A DNA stretch of 63,582 bases, filler included, from Klebsormidium nitens (lineage: Eukaryota; Plantae; Klebsormidiophyceae), in NCBI GenBank assembly GCA_000708835.1. It is 4 parts of 4 records of this genome, joined end to end, with 100 filler letters (N's around TTAATTAATTAA, not from the genome) between each part and the next. Parts side by side here need not be neighbours in the genome. Positions count along the whole stretch, not along the records: positions 23,986 to 47,568 come from DF237029.1; 3 more parts are not named here. One strand, written 5' to 3'. The position numbers were made by a program, and so were the translations under genes. The notes under the pieces were generated by a model that did no database searches, had not been told where the DNA came from, and was given only the letters and a program-made list of their open reading frames with translations. Below, piece after piece: positions 23,886-37,808 of the stretch (the first letter of the stretch is position 1; every line of letters begins with the position of its first letter).

Positions 23886-24525
23886 NNNNNNNNNNNNNNN
23901 NNNNNNNNNNNNNNNNNNNNNNNNNNNNNTTAATTAATTAANNNNNNNNNNNNNNNNNNNNNNNNNNNNNNNNNNNNNNNNNNNNGAGCAGGTTGAGGGT
24001 CTGAGCAGGCCGAGACAGTCTCCCAGGTCTAGATATATCGTAGCTACGGACTTGAGTCACATGTGACATGTCACACCTCCCGCCGACTTTGATCGAATAG
24101 AAAGTGCCGAGAGTTGCAAGTACAAAATCGTGTCATGTTACGGGAATCGAAACCGTCTATCGAGAAAGCCTTGTCGTATTGGACGGCTCAAGCTGGACGT
24201 CGCAATGAGAGTTTGTCAAGGTGGCGGGAGAAATTTGAACCCTGCACGTACACATCGAACTCGAGACGCAAAACGAGTCTTCTTCCTCTTGGAAGTTGGA
24301 GGGTGGCGCTGTGGTAGGTATTCTTAGGAATTCCTACATCCTGTGTCCGAAGATCCTACTGCAGCAACTGCATGTGCAGGTTCTGAGCAGTCGAGCAGGG
24401 ACATTCAGCATTTGCGGATTATTGGGCTTGGCTATATTCCAGAATATAAAACACAACCTAGGTACACGCAGTGTTTCGTGCTGTGCCAAAAGTTTCACGA
24501 CAAGCACAAGCTCTGATCGTGAGCG

Positions 24526-26507
24526 ATGGCTCCAGCGTCCGCCAATGTTCGACGAGCAGCAATAGGGGCACGGAAGAAGATTGAAAACTTTCCAACGGTG
24601 TGTTTCTCATCCATCAATCCTGCTGACAGATTAGCAGCTTTGCATCAAATATCTCCAAGTATCTGAACCCAGCACTCTGATGGGAGCTCTGTTGAAGAGA
24701 GGACTTGAACAGGAACCAAGTAGAGAATCCGTTCAAGTACAAAGCTCTGCTGCTTGTTCAGTGTTGCCAAAGAGTCCGCTAATGTTCTTGCCCTGGTCCT
24801 GTTTGGCAGGAGCTGGACCTGACCATGCAGTTTGTCAAGTGGACTGCAGAGAGTCTCGAAGCTGTACATGATGAAGAGAAGGTGAAGCAGCCTTCCAAGC
24901 ACCTCCTAGATTCTCCACTCTGTCTTATGGTGGGAAAAATATCAAATGCAGTGCACAGTGCGCCGTCCCTGTTAAAACTTATATCTTTGGCTTGTTGGCA
25001 TTAAACTTGGCAGTAAATACCGTAGCACATGACTGCAGCAGAGAACCGTCTTTTGGAAGGCAGTCAAAACGTTTGACTGTGTTGCCACAGGTTGCCGCCC
25101 TTCGCGAAGCTTCTCGCGAGATGGCTGGCCTTCAAGAGAGTCTGAGGTTGCACGTGGCTGCGCTCAGCGAAGTGGAGATAGGGAGGCTGGCCCCCAATGA
25201 GGCGTGAACCATTGTTCCTATTTGTCATGTCCGAGTTCCTTATTGTCAACGTCAACACGAAGGCTTCTTCTGAAGCTTTCTTGTCTTGCTGTATATCTGT
25301 TCTTGCTCATCACGTCATCTATTGTTTCCCCGAACCCCGAATTACCCAGCATCTGAGGCCCTGACTAGCGCGACCATGCTGGCAATCACAGGGGCAGACT
25401 TTTGCTGAGGTGCTACACTCACGGACAATGGAGCTGGCGGCACAAGATCCAAGAACCCCTGAGGACTACGAGGGTTTCAAGGCCTTCAATAAGGCTGTCT
25501 GGGTGAGGGATCCCCTCACCTTTTCTGCCGTTTGGCTAAGAAGGCGGTCGGCACAATTTTGAGATGCCGATCCTTGACAAGAACCGTTGAGATTTCTGAT
25601 ACTGTCAAGTTGACAAATATACTTTCAGTTATGGTGTCTGCCAGTGCATGCTTGTTGAACTCATGTCTGCAGGTGATCTGCATATTTAGTGAGAGTGAAT
25701 AGATGTTGCAGCAAGAGCGAACGGTAAGTTTGCGTTTGTCGTTCCGGGTATGAACTATATGTGCAACTTTGGATTTGCCTTTCCAGGACGTCAACCACAA
25801 GGGTGAGCTGATGCCTGGGGAAGAGGAGGAGGACATCGTCATGACCTCTAAGGACCTGGTGGCAAACGCCCATTGTCCACTGAGTATGAAAGCGGTGGAG
25901 GAGTTGGACGAGCCAGTTTGCGCGTAAGCCCCCTCTTGACCATGTGCATATGTCAGGCCTTTGTGAGATGATCACACAGTGTTTCTCCTGACTTTTTCCA
26001 TAGATGTCTGTTCAAATGTGTGTGGCACTTCCGAAACGACAGATCTCTGGAAGCTTTTGATGTAAGAGAGGGGGACATCCAAGGTCATCTGAAGCCGTTG
26101 CACCAATCCTTGCAGAAGGGATTGCCGGCACATTTACGAGGCCATGAATGCGCGAGACTACTTTGGACAGGGCCTGAGAAGCTGTGCAGTGGCTGGTAAG
26201 TATCCATCTGTTGCCTCGTTGGCTTTTGCAAACCATTCAAAATGGCATCTCCAACAACTAGAGTGGTTGATGGACGTAGTGAGATTGGTTCTGGCGAAGC
26301 ATGTTGTTCAGTAGGAATCCCTGTTTTAGTGAAGACGATTTGAGCAGGCTCTGCTTTATTGCAGGTTGCAACAAGCAGGTGAATGTGAGCGTCCTCGTAA
26401 GTGACTCACGGTTGGTCCGAGATTTGCAAGAGCTTAAGCGGAACAAGAGGGGGGGAAGACACACCCAGCATGCAGAAGATTATACTGCCCTGGACGATGA
26501 AGACTGA
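24526..26507 (+). CDS. MMS21: SUMO E3 ligase NSE2/MMS21 (SMC5/6 subunit, SP-RING); 7 exons
   Basis: Exons 24526-24597, 24810-24881, 25091-~25201, ~25392-25502, 25787-25923, 26116-26195, 26365-26507. FNKAVW/DVNHKGELMPGEEEEDIVMT resembles plant MMS21. SP-RING CPLS...EPVC/ARDCRHIYE...CAVA/GC. Acidic C-terminus EDYTALDDED. Confidence 0.85.
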
Positions 26508-27491
26508 CCGCAAACAGATGAATGATGGTCGAGTTGGCGTCACCAAAAAGCAGAAAGGGTCTGAATTTCCGTCTCAATATTTGAGTTGATTCATATAACA
26601 TAAACAAGACCAAAATTACCTTCGTGGGCAACGACGTTATTGCACATTTGTGTGATATTGAGACAGCGCCCAAGATATGATGCAGTTCACTTCGAGCAAA
26701 AAGTTCGATTGCATTCGACTTGTGATGATGTTTGATGCACTGCTTTGGCATGCAGCTGGCAGCTTTTGAAATTACCTGCGGCACCTCGAAGCATGGATGA
26801 ATCAGCACACACGTGCCTGCCTAACCGACATGTGCATGTGGTCGGTAGCGCTACATGTTGCACCCGTCTACGACAATTATTCCTGGATCAGTTCCCCCAT
26901 GTGCGCACGTACTAATATGAGGTAGCTAGCTTGAAGTATGACTAACCAGTCGCGTGCCTCCTGCCTTCTTGATCTTTTGACATGCTAGGTGGTTATAATT
27001 TTGTTTTGAAGAATTTGTCAGTGACCGCTGCCAGCTAGGGGGTGCAGGTTATCATTGCAGCTGCATATGCAGATGCATTTGAAAGCAGAACTGCCTAATA
27101 TAACCCATGTTCACATGCATGCAATTAAAAACTTTATAAGCCCGCGAGGCACCCTTGTCAACGACTGCACGTAGCTTGTCGAACTGCCTTTGCGGGCGCA
27201 GTCGATCAGGGTACTTCCATGTACCCACGTCCAGTCCAATCGACCTCGTGAATATTTTACAGGGACTTCAATTTTATATATGTGTATTGACTGTTTTGAC
27301 AGATTCTAAAAAGGGTTGAGCTCTAGCTATAGTCTGCGGTTAATCCCAGCAGACTGGCAGATTGCATCGATAATGGGCACGCTTTTGAGCGGTTCTGAGC
27401 GTTTCCTTTGAAGACTGGGGTCCTCCAAGAAACACGACCCAGTCGCTTTCAGCGAACTAACAATGACCCCAAAGCTAGGCTGCTGAAAGAA

Positions 27492-30400
27492 TCAATGTTG
27501 CAGGTTATAGCTATAGACGACGTTCCCAAAGACATCGTAGAACTCAAGGTCGACGTCTTTTTGACTGACCGACAACGACAGGAAACCCTGCCCCCTGTGA
27601 GCAAACCGCGCAGTTTCCTTGAAATCCGGATCTTCGACGTGCAGTGACCGGTAGGACCTCGAACCGGCGCCGCTTGTGAAGCAGTGCACGTTGCTGCGAG
27701 CAGAGAGTACGAGCCTTAGTCGTGATGCTGAGCGCTGCCTTGAGAACCCGCGTTTGTGGCAGCACAAAAGAATCGGGGGAAGCGTGAAGTGCACAGGTTT
27801 GGCAGCGAAAAACAAACAGTAAGGCGATCTTGATGCCCGGTCACAGAAGGGTGCTTCAGAGGTGCAAGGAAGGAGCCCTGCCGTTCAGTATGCTCGACCC
27901 AGCAATCTTCAAACCTTTCCGTGCTCCCATTTTGAGCCAGGAGGCCCACGGCTCGCCTTTATCTTGAGACACAGCGGTGAACTGCTTTCAGAGGAGGTTT
28001 TCTTGCGTCTGTCATCGATCGCATCCAAGTCGCACCCCGAGCTTGCGAAGCGTTCACGGGCTGAGACACCCCCGCTTTTGCACGGGACGAAACGGAATGG
28101 GACGGAATCAAACGGACGGGAATAAACGATGGACTTGGATGGAGGCATGGAAAGTTGCACCAGCCAGGAAGGATTGAAGCGATTCTGACGTACGACCAAG
28201 AGATGAACGGAGCGACCGAAGACATTTGAAAGGCCCGGACCGAGCAAAACGGATGAAACGAGAACACCGGAGCAGGTAATACGCACCTGTCGGGCCGCTT
28301 GATGTGCTGCAAGTCGTGATCGTGGCCGTTGATGTACAAGGGCGCGTTGTACTCCTGGAGGCGATTAACAGAGAGTCGATCAACGAAGCGATGGGCGAGA
28401 CATACATTGGCGCGTTTCGTCAGATGCGCCACGGTCTTGTTGGCACATCTTGCTTGAGCATGGTTGTCAAACCATGTCGACACCCTTTTCAATGACGCTT
28501 GCTTTCTTCTCCCTCCGGTTCTGCTTTTATTCTTGTTGGTTCACTCTTTTCTGCGACGGACAGGTCGAGCAAGCCGCGGACTGCAAAACCGAACCGTCTA
28601 GCGGCCAGGGGCTACTACGCGTCCAAAAGTGGTCAAACGGCCCGGAGTCGTCAAGAAGGTGCAGGCGTTATCAGCCCACCTCGAGAACGGGCAGTATTCG
28701 CTGCACGAGCTCGACGGTGTCCCCGTGCTCCCCAAAGCTTCGCATCGTGTGGTGCCCAATCACAATCTTCCACGTGTCGGTCGAGCTGGCCAGCCAACTC
28801 CGCAACTCCTGCGGTGCAAAGCGCGATAACAATATTGGCCCCCGTCATTCCGGAACGCAGTCACAGCAACTCGTGTCCAGACGATGAGTGGTCAAGTTTA
28901 TTATTGACAGAGCCAGAGCGGTGACTATCGGAAACGAAGAACAACATGCGGAGCGGACTGCTCGAGTCACGAGATATTTACTGCGCTCGAGCAAACGCAG
29001 GGTCCCGCCTGGAGTCCAACGCGTTGAATAGGTTTATATGGATCAGCCTTTGTCAGTCCCTTCTGCAAGTCGTGGCTGCAGCCTCAAGAGGTTGAATTGC
29101 AGCACAGAATGCAAAACCTGGACATAAAATGGAGGTAATACTTGTCCTCGCTTCTCTTGCAAGGACCCCGGAAGAAGCTCGCAATGTCAAACCTCAGTTG
29201 GCCACCCTCCCAATCGGCCACGAAATCTTAGACTCCTTCCTCACAACAGCTCAAAAACCGGAGCCTAAGTACAAAAATGTAGCCGAGGAGGAGCTTTCTT
29301 GCTACCAGAGAGACAAACCGGGGGGCCTGCGGAGCTCACCTCGACCTGGCTGTTTAATTGTTGGTCCCAGTCGGGGTAATGGGGAAGATCCGAGAAGTCA
29401 AACACAGAGTCGTCGTGGTATTTCTCCACGAAGGGGGACGTGTCGATGAAGAACAGGGTCACGAAGTCCTTGCAATCTGCGAGCAATTTCGAGAACCTTG
29501 CCTTTTGAGATTATGTAGCATACAGGATCGGGGGAAGGGTGGACAGAATGTTGAGCCTTTCGACTTTACGTCTGAGGACACCCTAACGGAAATTGGGTGG
29601 AGATGTTCGTTCTGTGAGTCCGAGTTGCCATGTGCTTTGCTGCAAGTAAGATACGGAAAGAAAGCGTTGTGAGAAAGTAAATTTTTATGGCGGAACGACG
29701 GGAGCTGTCCGCAGACAGCACAAACCCGCGGACAAAGCAGACTCAGCAAAGGGCCGCAAGCCGACTTCGCCGCCACTGCCTCAACTTTCGCAAAGCGTCC
29801 CGGGTTATTCTGCACAATCATTTCAAGTTGCTGAGAGTCTGATAAATTCCGTGGAAGGAAAACATGGACCCCATTACACATTCTAATTCCACGCCGCTTG
29901 CTAGTTTGTGCATGGCGCACCTCACTCTGCTGCTTACATCCAAGGTTACCAATCCTTTCCACCTTTCCGGAGACGCAATCCAAGGTCTGTATACCGCACC
30001 CCCCCCTTAGTGCAATCCAAGCAATCACTTACCAGAAAACGTAACGGTAAAAATACCCTGAACTTTTAAGAAAGTCAAATCTTCACCTGCGCGCCCCTAC
30101 AGTACCAAGCGATATAGGGTTCCAGACCTGAAAATTGGAACCCACCTCCTCGTTACTTGGATTCTGATGTTGCAGGCTCACAGCGGTCGGGGCAAAAGTT
30201 CGCAACTGCGGGACTCACCTTTGGATTGCGCGCACAGCGGCTGGCGCACGCGGAAGGAGCGGTCGCAAAACCAGCGGGGGTCGCGCTCCGTCAGCTGGCG
30301 GCTCAGCTGGGCCGAGACGTTGCCCGCGTAGTCGTGGTTGCCTAAAACTGCGGAGTACGGGTCAAACTTCGGTTATGATGTGCTGGTCACAGTCGAAACC

Positions 30401-32826
30401 CGTTTCCGGTATGCTGGTCGCGAAGCCGCCACCATGGTGAAAATGTTACCCGATAGGCAGAGTGCGAAGAGCCGCCAATGCCCAACACTGCTCGAAAGAT
30501 TGCAACGAACTTTTCTTGCAAAATGCATCGCTTCTATGGACCATTGCTTCTTAGAAACGTGCCTTCAAACAGACACGAGCAAACTTTGGTCTGCAACACA
30601 AAGCGACCGTTCCCAGTTTCTCTCGCCTCTTTCTGTTCGTTTGCCTACGAATCTTGTCCTCCCTCTCAAAGCTGTCTCACCTGCGTACCACTGTTTTTGG
30701 AGGCCGGGAGAGGAGTAGATGTCGGTGAAGGACTGCGTAAACTTCGGATCGCTGTCGTTTTTCAGCCCCAGCTCGTAGAAGTTGTCCCCCGACGAGACCA
30801 CGAAAGCAATCTCCTTCTCGTCCGCAATGCGCCCCATCTGCAAGACAACAATTCCTCAAGATCCCACGACATTACACCGACCTCAGGCCTTTTGCACACT
30901 CGTTGGTGGTACGGTCAGAGCATTCTCGAACGCAAACAACTCAAGGTGCCGCACAGACAGCAGGCACGGAATATGCACCTATTACAAAAGGCCTGTCTTA
31001 ATTACAATCTGAGCTGGGCCACTGGGCCCATATCGAGGAACCAGTCTGGGCTTGTGCAGGGAATTGTCCACTAGTTGCTAATTCCGATTCTGGCAAGAGA
31101 CCCTAGCTTCCTGTAGCGGCATCAAAGACACCAGTACAGAAACCACCTTAACAACCTGAACACAGTTGAGGCAACTGAATATAATTGAGGCGAAATTCTG
31201 AGACAACCCAGTTACGGCAAGCCTACTGATACCCAACGCTACACAGAAAACATCATTACAGCATATCAGTGACAAGAAAACAGCGAACGAAAGCGAGCCG
31301 CACCTGTTTTGCCACCTCCGACTGGTTGTACATTCCGTTGCGGCCCCAGTCCCCAACCACCAGGAAGCTCACGCGAGGGGCGCGCTTCTCCCCCCGCCCG
31401 AGCGACGCCCAGAGCGCCACCGTGATGACGAGCACCGCCAGACTGATTAGGACCACTGCACTTGTGCAGGGATCGTCGAGATCGCGCGCGCGGTCTACCA
31501 CCTTTTTGGCCTGGAGGGTGAAGGGGCAAGCACAGAATTTAGAAACTTATGAAGCATCGGAGAAGTTCGTCATAATGGCCTGCATTTGGCTTACATGATG
31601 ATCCAGGTTGGAAAACTAGGTCAACTACCAGCACAGGGTGGAAAATAATCAAACGAGAAAAAGAGAGATGAACTGATTGGAAATGGAAAGGGGAAAGGGG
31701 TGGGTCCTGAGGTTTGGGGCCATGCCCATGGGCTTCTCTCAGGATGTCAGCGACGTTTATGAGTGCAGATGCTCATCAGACGTAACCTGTACTGCAGTTT
31801 ATGTGTGAGAATTTCAAGGCGAGCTGCCGTGTGTGGGGCAATTTATTGAGAAGACTCAGAACATTGGCTGGCAGACAGAGAAGTAAGAGACCAAGTAAAG
31901 AGCACCAAGCAATCCAAGCAAGGTAGCATGAGGGGCGTCAGCAGAGCTGAGAAGTCCTCGGAAAGTAAGCTTTCCCTCCAGCAACCTCTCCTCTTTCCTC
32001 ACAGAATTCAGGTCGTCAGAAGAACCCAGCTTCGATAGCACAGTGGCTGGGGCTTTTGGGTGAGATGGAGCTCGTAGTATGAAGACTCTCTCGGGACATG
32101 AGGGCAAGTAATGTAGGCATATCCTTGCAAAAAGGAGTTGTGCAAGCTGCCGTTGCCTGTGCAGACTGACTCGCAGAGTGACAGAAGTTGTTATGAACGA
32201 ATCGGAGCTCAATTTCCGTGTCCTTAGTAAACACTGTCTCCACCTTCTGATCCACAACTGGTTTGATGCATTGGAAGCAGAGCTAGTGTACCACCCTGAT
32301 CCGAGCAGCGTCAGAGCAATCATGGCGCATACGCAGCCACCAGAATGTATTTTGTGGCTACAAGGTGTTCCACACTGTCACGGACGATAGCCGCCCAAAG
32401 CTAACAACAACCTGAGGGGAATGCCCGCTGTCAAACAGAGAAGTCGACCAAGAATTCTCCGGGAAGCTCTGACAGCGACCTCTGCAAACATAAACAAGCT
32501 GAAAGAACCGAACCTGCTCTACATTCGTGCGTTCTGCACAAACAAACAGACCTCTGCATTCCCACCTGGTCTATTCCATCAAACGTCGACGCAGGAGCAC
32601 CACGCGTAAAGCCCCCCGCCTCCTCGTCCCGCAATCCCTTCTCCTCATCATCTGAATCTGAATTGCGGCCGAGCGCCTCAAAGCGCACCGACTGCATGTT
32701 GACATTTGCCTTGGTCTTGGACTTGGGCTTTGTGCGGGCCTTTGGGGGCTTGCGTCTGGGGGAGCGCGGGCGGGGCCGCACCAGATCGACGTCATCCTCG
32801 TGCAGCATCATGCTGGTGGGGGCCAT
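27492..32826 (-). CDS. Purple acid phosphatase (low-molecular-weight TRAP/PAP17-like) with N-terminal membrane anchor; 8 exons
   Basis: Exons 32826-32566, 31510-31304, 30837-30681, 30347-30219, 29476-29340, 28808-28680, 28354-28287, 27693-27492, phase-consistent. All five metal-binding motifs present: GDWG, GDNFY, GNHD, VIGHH, GHDH. Confidence 0.92.
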
Positions 32827-35800
32827 CCCGAGGTGGAGGAGAAGCGGCCCTTCTCACTCTCGGTTTCAGCTGCAAGCTTCAGTTGCTGCCACATAAGAAT
32901 TTTACAGAATCTTACGAAATTTTCAAATGTGGCCAGAGTGAAGGTGGTGTTGCTGCGGACGGTCGCCTCCGCCGAGGGGTCGGCCCAGGGCGCCGGAACA
33001 GCGCGAAGTTTCCCCAAACACTGCTCTAACCGCGATTCTTGACCGGTATCGCAAGCTCCTGCAGGCTGCAGAGCGTCGATTCTTGAACGGTCATTGCACC
33101 CCGTCGTCTTAGAGCTCCGACACGATTACCTGCGTACTCACGTACGTACACGACCAGATAACTTCGTCACCCTGTCAGTGTCAATAAGTTTCAATTTGAG
33201 CGGGCCTGTGTTACAATCTGAAGATGGAGCAATATTACAATACTATATCGGCGCGCGCCGTCCGGCGCCGTACTCTGAACGGCAACGCTGTGATGGAAGT
33301 ACGTTGTATTCATCCTTCTCACATAGTGTCCTGTCTATACATGATGGCCAGCCTTTCAGCCTCGTCTCGTTGTCTGACTCAGTACTAGCAGCTCGGCGGA
33401 ATACTGGCTTCCAAAGCTTCCAACTTGCAGAGCTTTCGAGAGACGCAAGCGACTTAGCATGACTTTCAAGCTCGTTCGCAGAGTGAAGGAGCTCCAACGC
33501 AACGTAAAGCGTTTGTCTCTCTTGAGTAGTGTGACTTGTTTGCGAGCCCATCTTTCGTGATCAGGCGTGCATTCAACCCGGTGCAAAGCACACAGTGCGG
33601 TCCGCTTGAGACAGGACATCTTGACTTTTAGACTCTCAATGCAGAAACAACGGACAGATCGAACCTTCGGGTGTCAAACAATGCCGTCTGATTATTCTCT
33701 GGTAAAAAGATTGGACTGAAGGATGCACCTGATTCTCAATAGCGCCCAGCGGAAGCGCAAAGTTTTGCGGGCCAGGATAGGATGCATTAAATTTGTTAAA
33801 TTAAGCTCAGGAACAACGAGCCCGCTCGATTGGTTGGTTGCATCCCAGAGCATTAACATGTGTCCTTTCAGCTCCGCTTTGATCGACGAAAAGGACGGCC
33901 TCCCGGCAGGCTCCCCTTTTACATAGACACCAATATGCAGATTGCCTTTCTTGATCAATATCGAAGGAGGCTTAGGACGGAAGAACTCAAAATGAATGAA
34001 CGACGGCTCTGGAAAATGTTGTCCAATTTGCCAATCAGGCGGCAAAGTGGGGTCTTGCTGTGCACGTCATCCGGAGAGAATGACCAAAGCTGACCTTGAG
34101 AATCGGAAGAGTCGATTGCCAGAGAGAGTCAGGCACGTCAAGAATGTAAGTCTGAGGGTGCAACGTGGGGAATCGGTTGTGCTTTTTGATGATGAACGCC
34201 TGACGACTCGCTGCGATCATTGTCTGTTTCCACAGCCCGGAACCCACACAGATTCAGCGCAGGTCCATCCTTGAGTCAAGACGGCATACACGAAGGACAG
34301 TTAATCACTGCTTACATGAAACATGGTAGCCAATCGGCGCTGTTTTTGTCAGTCCAAGCAAACCCAATGGTTGCTAGTCCAACTTCAGTATCAAAGTCCG
34401 GCATGAAAAGCTCGCAACAGAGAAGCATAAGATTTTGAAAGCTTCGAGATATCCTGACAGCTTCGAGATTTCTTGAACACGTCTGCACATTTTTGCGAAC
34501 GTCAACCTTACTTCTGCGGTGCTTGTATGCTTCCATCTTTCCGTTGCCGGCAAAATGGAGAAAACGCATCGAGAAACCAGTTCTCCTTAGTCTCGTCGCC
34601 TCTTGACACTGAAGTCAGAAAGCTTGAGTGTGAGAGGACCTAGCCTTTTCATCTCAAACGAAGGGAGCACTCAATCCTAAACCTATATGTGTACAACTAA
34701 TTCATTGTCCCGCCACATTTTCAGGTTTAGGAAAGCCGTCAGCAGGGTGCCCAACGTGATGAGCAACATTAAGAGAGTCGGTCGAATAGCGAAGAGATCC
34801 GCCAGCGATCAGAAGCTCATAATCTTTCCGTCCGGTCGGCCGCCCAATATAATCTTAGAGTCGGCTTTGCAGTTTCATCCCAGCCGTGCAAAGTAGTGAG
34901 ACATAGTGACGAAAGTGCGTCATCACAGACAGCAAACGAGCAGAACGATCGACGTGGCTTGTCAGAGGCTGTCTAAGGCCCGGAGAACACATACGAAACG
35001 TGCGAAAGCATCAGCGGCGGAGAGGCAAACAACTCACGTCTTTTTCGTTCATTCATGCTACGACGGACGTGACAACAACGAAAGGGGCTTCAATACAACT
35101 CACTTCGAAGCATCAAACTTTCAAGCTATGGGGAGCGAAGAGGGTTGCCTTTTAGTTGGAGGGCGACTAATCTGCTTTCCAGCAGATTTACGAGGGACAA
35201 TCTGCGGGCGAGAAAGCTTAGAAAGTTGAACGCAAACGATGAACCCGAGAGCATTGGACTGTGTTATGTTGGTGTCCAGTCCGATCCAGAGAGGTCTGCC
35301 GCAGTGATTTCTGAAAATAACCGAACTCGCCCAGAGAAGCTTTGAGTTTCTTGTTGATTCGGGGATGGCGGAATAGTTTCCAGGGCAGTACTATAGGCAA
35401 CTGAGCAGCTTCTTCTCTCGAGCTTATGTCATCTTTCAAGCATGTTTCGTGAAAGGAATGTTGACAGGGAGAAGGTCTACACACAGTCACTCTTCATATT
35501 GGAAAGAGACAACGCAGCGTTCCACTCTAGCATCTTTCACTGGCAAACAATGGTTGAAGCTTCGAAACAGAGTATGCGCCAAGCTCGATGATCTGGACGC
35601 CCACTCCTTCGCGGAATGCTTGTTTCTTGAAGCGACACGTGGAACGTGGGCTGTTCAGACCACAAGTCAGAAGCTGCTTTTGCTACGCTCTCGGTGCTTC
35701 GAAAAGCTGCGAACCTATCGAACTGGCATCAAAATCCTAACCAAGGATCTTTGACAGCGCGGACTGTGGAATCCTCAGCCACAATCCCCCTTGACCGAAA

Positions 35801-37808
35801 CGCTCGACGTGAGGCAGCTGTCCACCGAGAGGGGATTGACACAACTTCAAGCCGTAAGGGACCCAATCATAGCAATCAGTGTTCGAACAGATCCGCTGCT
35901 ACGGTGACGTTGGAGTTTGGCGCCACAAGCTCAATGATGAGACGAAGGACGTTCATTGTGAGCCAGGATATGACTTTGCCAGTTGAAAGAAGAAACTGGG
36001 TCACTAACAATCACTTCAAGGTGTTTCATTTTGAATCGTTGGTTGGACAACCTGAAGCCAATTGGCTGTGCACACTTTGCAGTACTGATCTTCGACCCGG
36101 ACCTGTATTCACACAATCCGGACATCAGATCTTCAGTTGCATTCCGAGCTCGAGATATAGCTGATCAGTGTATGCTGGGTCGTTGGACCATTCTATTCTT
36201 GCTGGATCACGCCGTGCCTTGTTCCCACAGTGGCATGCAGAGCAGGTAAATCAGGGACCAGCGCTGCGGGCGTCAGCTAGTGGCAACCCTCGAGATATAA
36301 GCTGGCAAGTGTCAGCTTGCGCATATGAGTCTGAGGCGTACGAGCTGCTCTCAATCATTTGCGACATTAGTGCAGCTTGACAGCGCGCCAGCCTGAGAGA
36401 ATTGAAGGCCCGCTTGCCACAATGCAGCGTACTGTGCACAGATTTTACAGAGTACTCAGTTAAGCAGTGGCCGGGACTTCATTTTGAGCTGGCACCTTGC
36501 AGAATTGAACATTATACGTAGCATGCTGCGCAGCGACGTCATTGCACGTGGTCCTTCCAGCTGGCCGCAATTGACTGTGTTGACCCAACCATAATTCTGA
36601 GATTTGGATCTGACCTCACGGGCCTTCATCTGGAGGTGTGCACGGTGTACCTAGCCGCTATAGCGCTAGCGCTACCTAGCGCTCCTAGTACGAGTATGCA
36701 CCCCCTGTGCACCTGTCCAATCTGGATTCTGCGGTACGGTAGACCGCAGTACGGCCAGCCGCAGACCGTACACGCTTAAATCACTTCGCTGAGCCTGGCC
36801 GGCCCCCCGCGCGCAAAATTCTGCGTCGACGGGCTTTGTTCGTCAAAATCAAGTTGGTAACTCTTCATGCCAGCTTTGAGCCGTCCGATCTTGAGACTCG
36901 GCTTATCGTAGCGTTGATCAAACAGCCATCTGAAAGGTGTACCTGTGGTTTTATCGAGTGTACCTCTCAGAGCACGGTACTGTCCAGTTTCAACAGAATG
37001 CTAATGTTGGGTTTTGCTTGCGTACAGCACACATCTACTAGCGCTAGCTTTCAATCACTCTTCAGATATGGAACTAGTTCATGCAAGGGCTTTAGTACCT
37101 ACAAGTCTGTGCACCATACCTACTCTGACCCTCCGGCTGAACGAAGGGTGCATGTTCTCTACAAACATGTACATTGCAAGCTGTACACTCCTTGCAGAAT
37201 GCAACGATTCTCAACACTTGGCCCAGAGGTGCAAGCTGAGTGCGGGCCGGGCTGGAGAGCCTGTATACATCCAGTCGTCATCTCCTGCAGTGCGCATGCA
37301 TTGCACGCTTAACGGTCAGAAGATCTCTGGGGTCTGACGCTCACGCAGTCTGCACTTTTCATATAGTATCAGAATAATTGGCTTGCTGAGTCCGATACTG
37401 GGGCAGCCTTTCGACTTCCAGGGGCGAATCAGGAGACTGCTCGACCGCATTTGCAATTTGCAGAGCGAATAAAGCTTCCCTCACGATCAAGGAGGAGATT
37501 CAATCCTTCTCAGCAGACGGCATTGCGCGTTGGTATAACACAGAGCAGAGATCTGAGAAACACAAAACACAAGAGCATCTGCGCAAGAAGAAGGCAGATC
37601 AGCAAAAGGCAGAAGCAGAAGCGCTTTACAAAACATCGCCGCAGCATTCAGAAAAAAGACTGCATTGCGCTTTCGTTTTCAGGCCGCATGAGAGGCGCGA
37701 CCCACCCCAGGCCAGACTCTCCCCCCCGCGGGGCCCCCGCCAGGGATTGCTGGTCGCCTTCTCCCCGCCTCTCCGCGCCCCACCCCCGCCTCCAAAACGG
37801 CGACCGCC

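Noticed and set aside
23930-23941. TTAATTAATTAA inside N runs (also ~47613-47624 and ~58491-58502)
   Set aside because: The same 12-mer centred in three 100-nt gaps is a scaffolding placeholder.
33050-37700. Many short ORFs between the phosphatase and CTD-phosphatase genes
   Set aside because: No recognisable motifs and no phase-consistent exon chain; may be a decayed gene or intergenic DNA.
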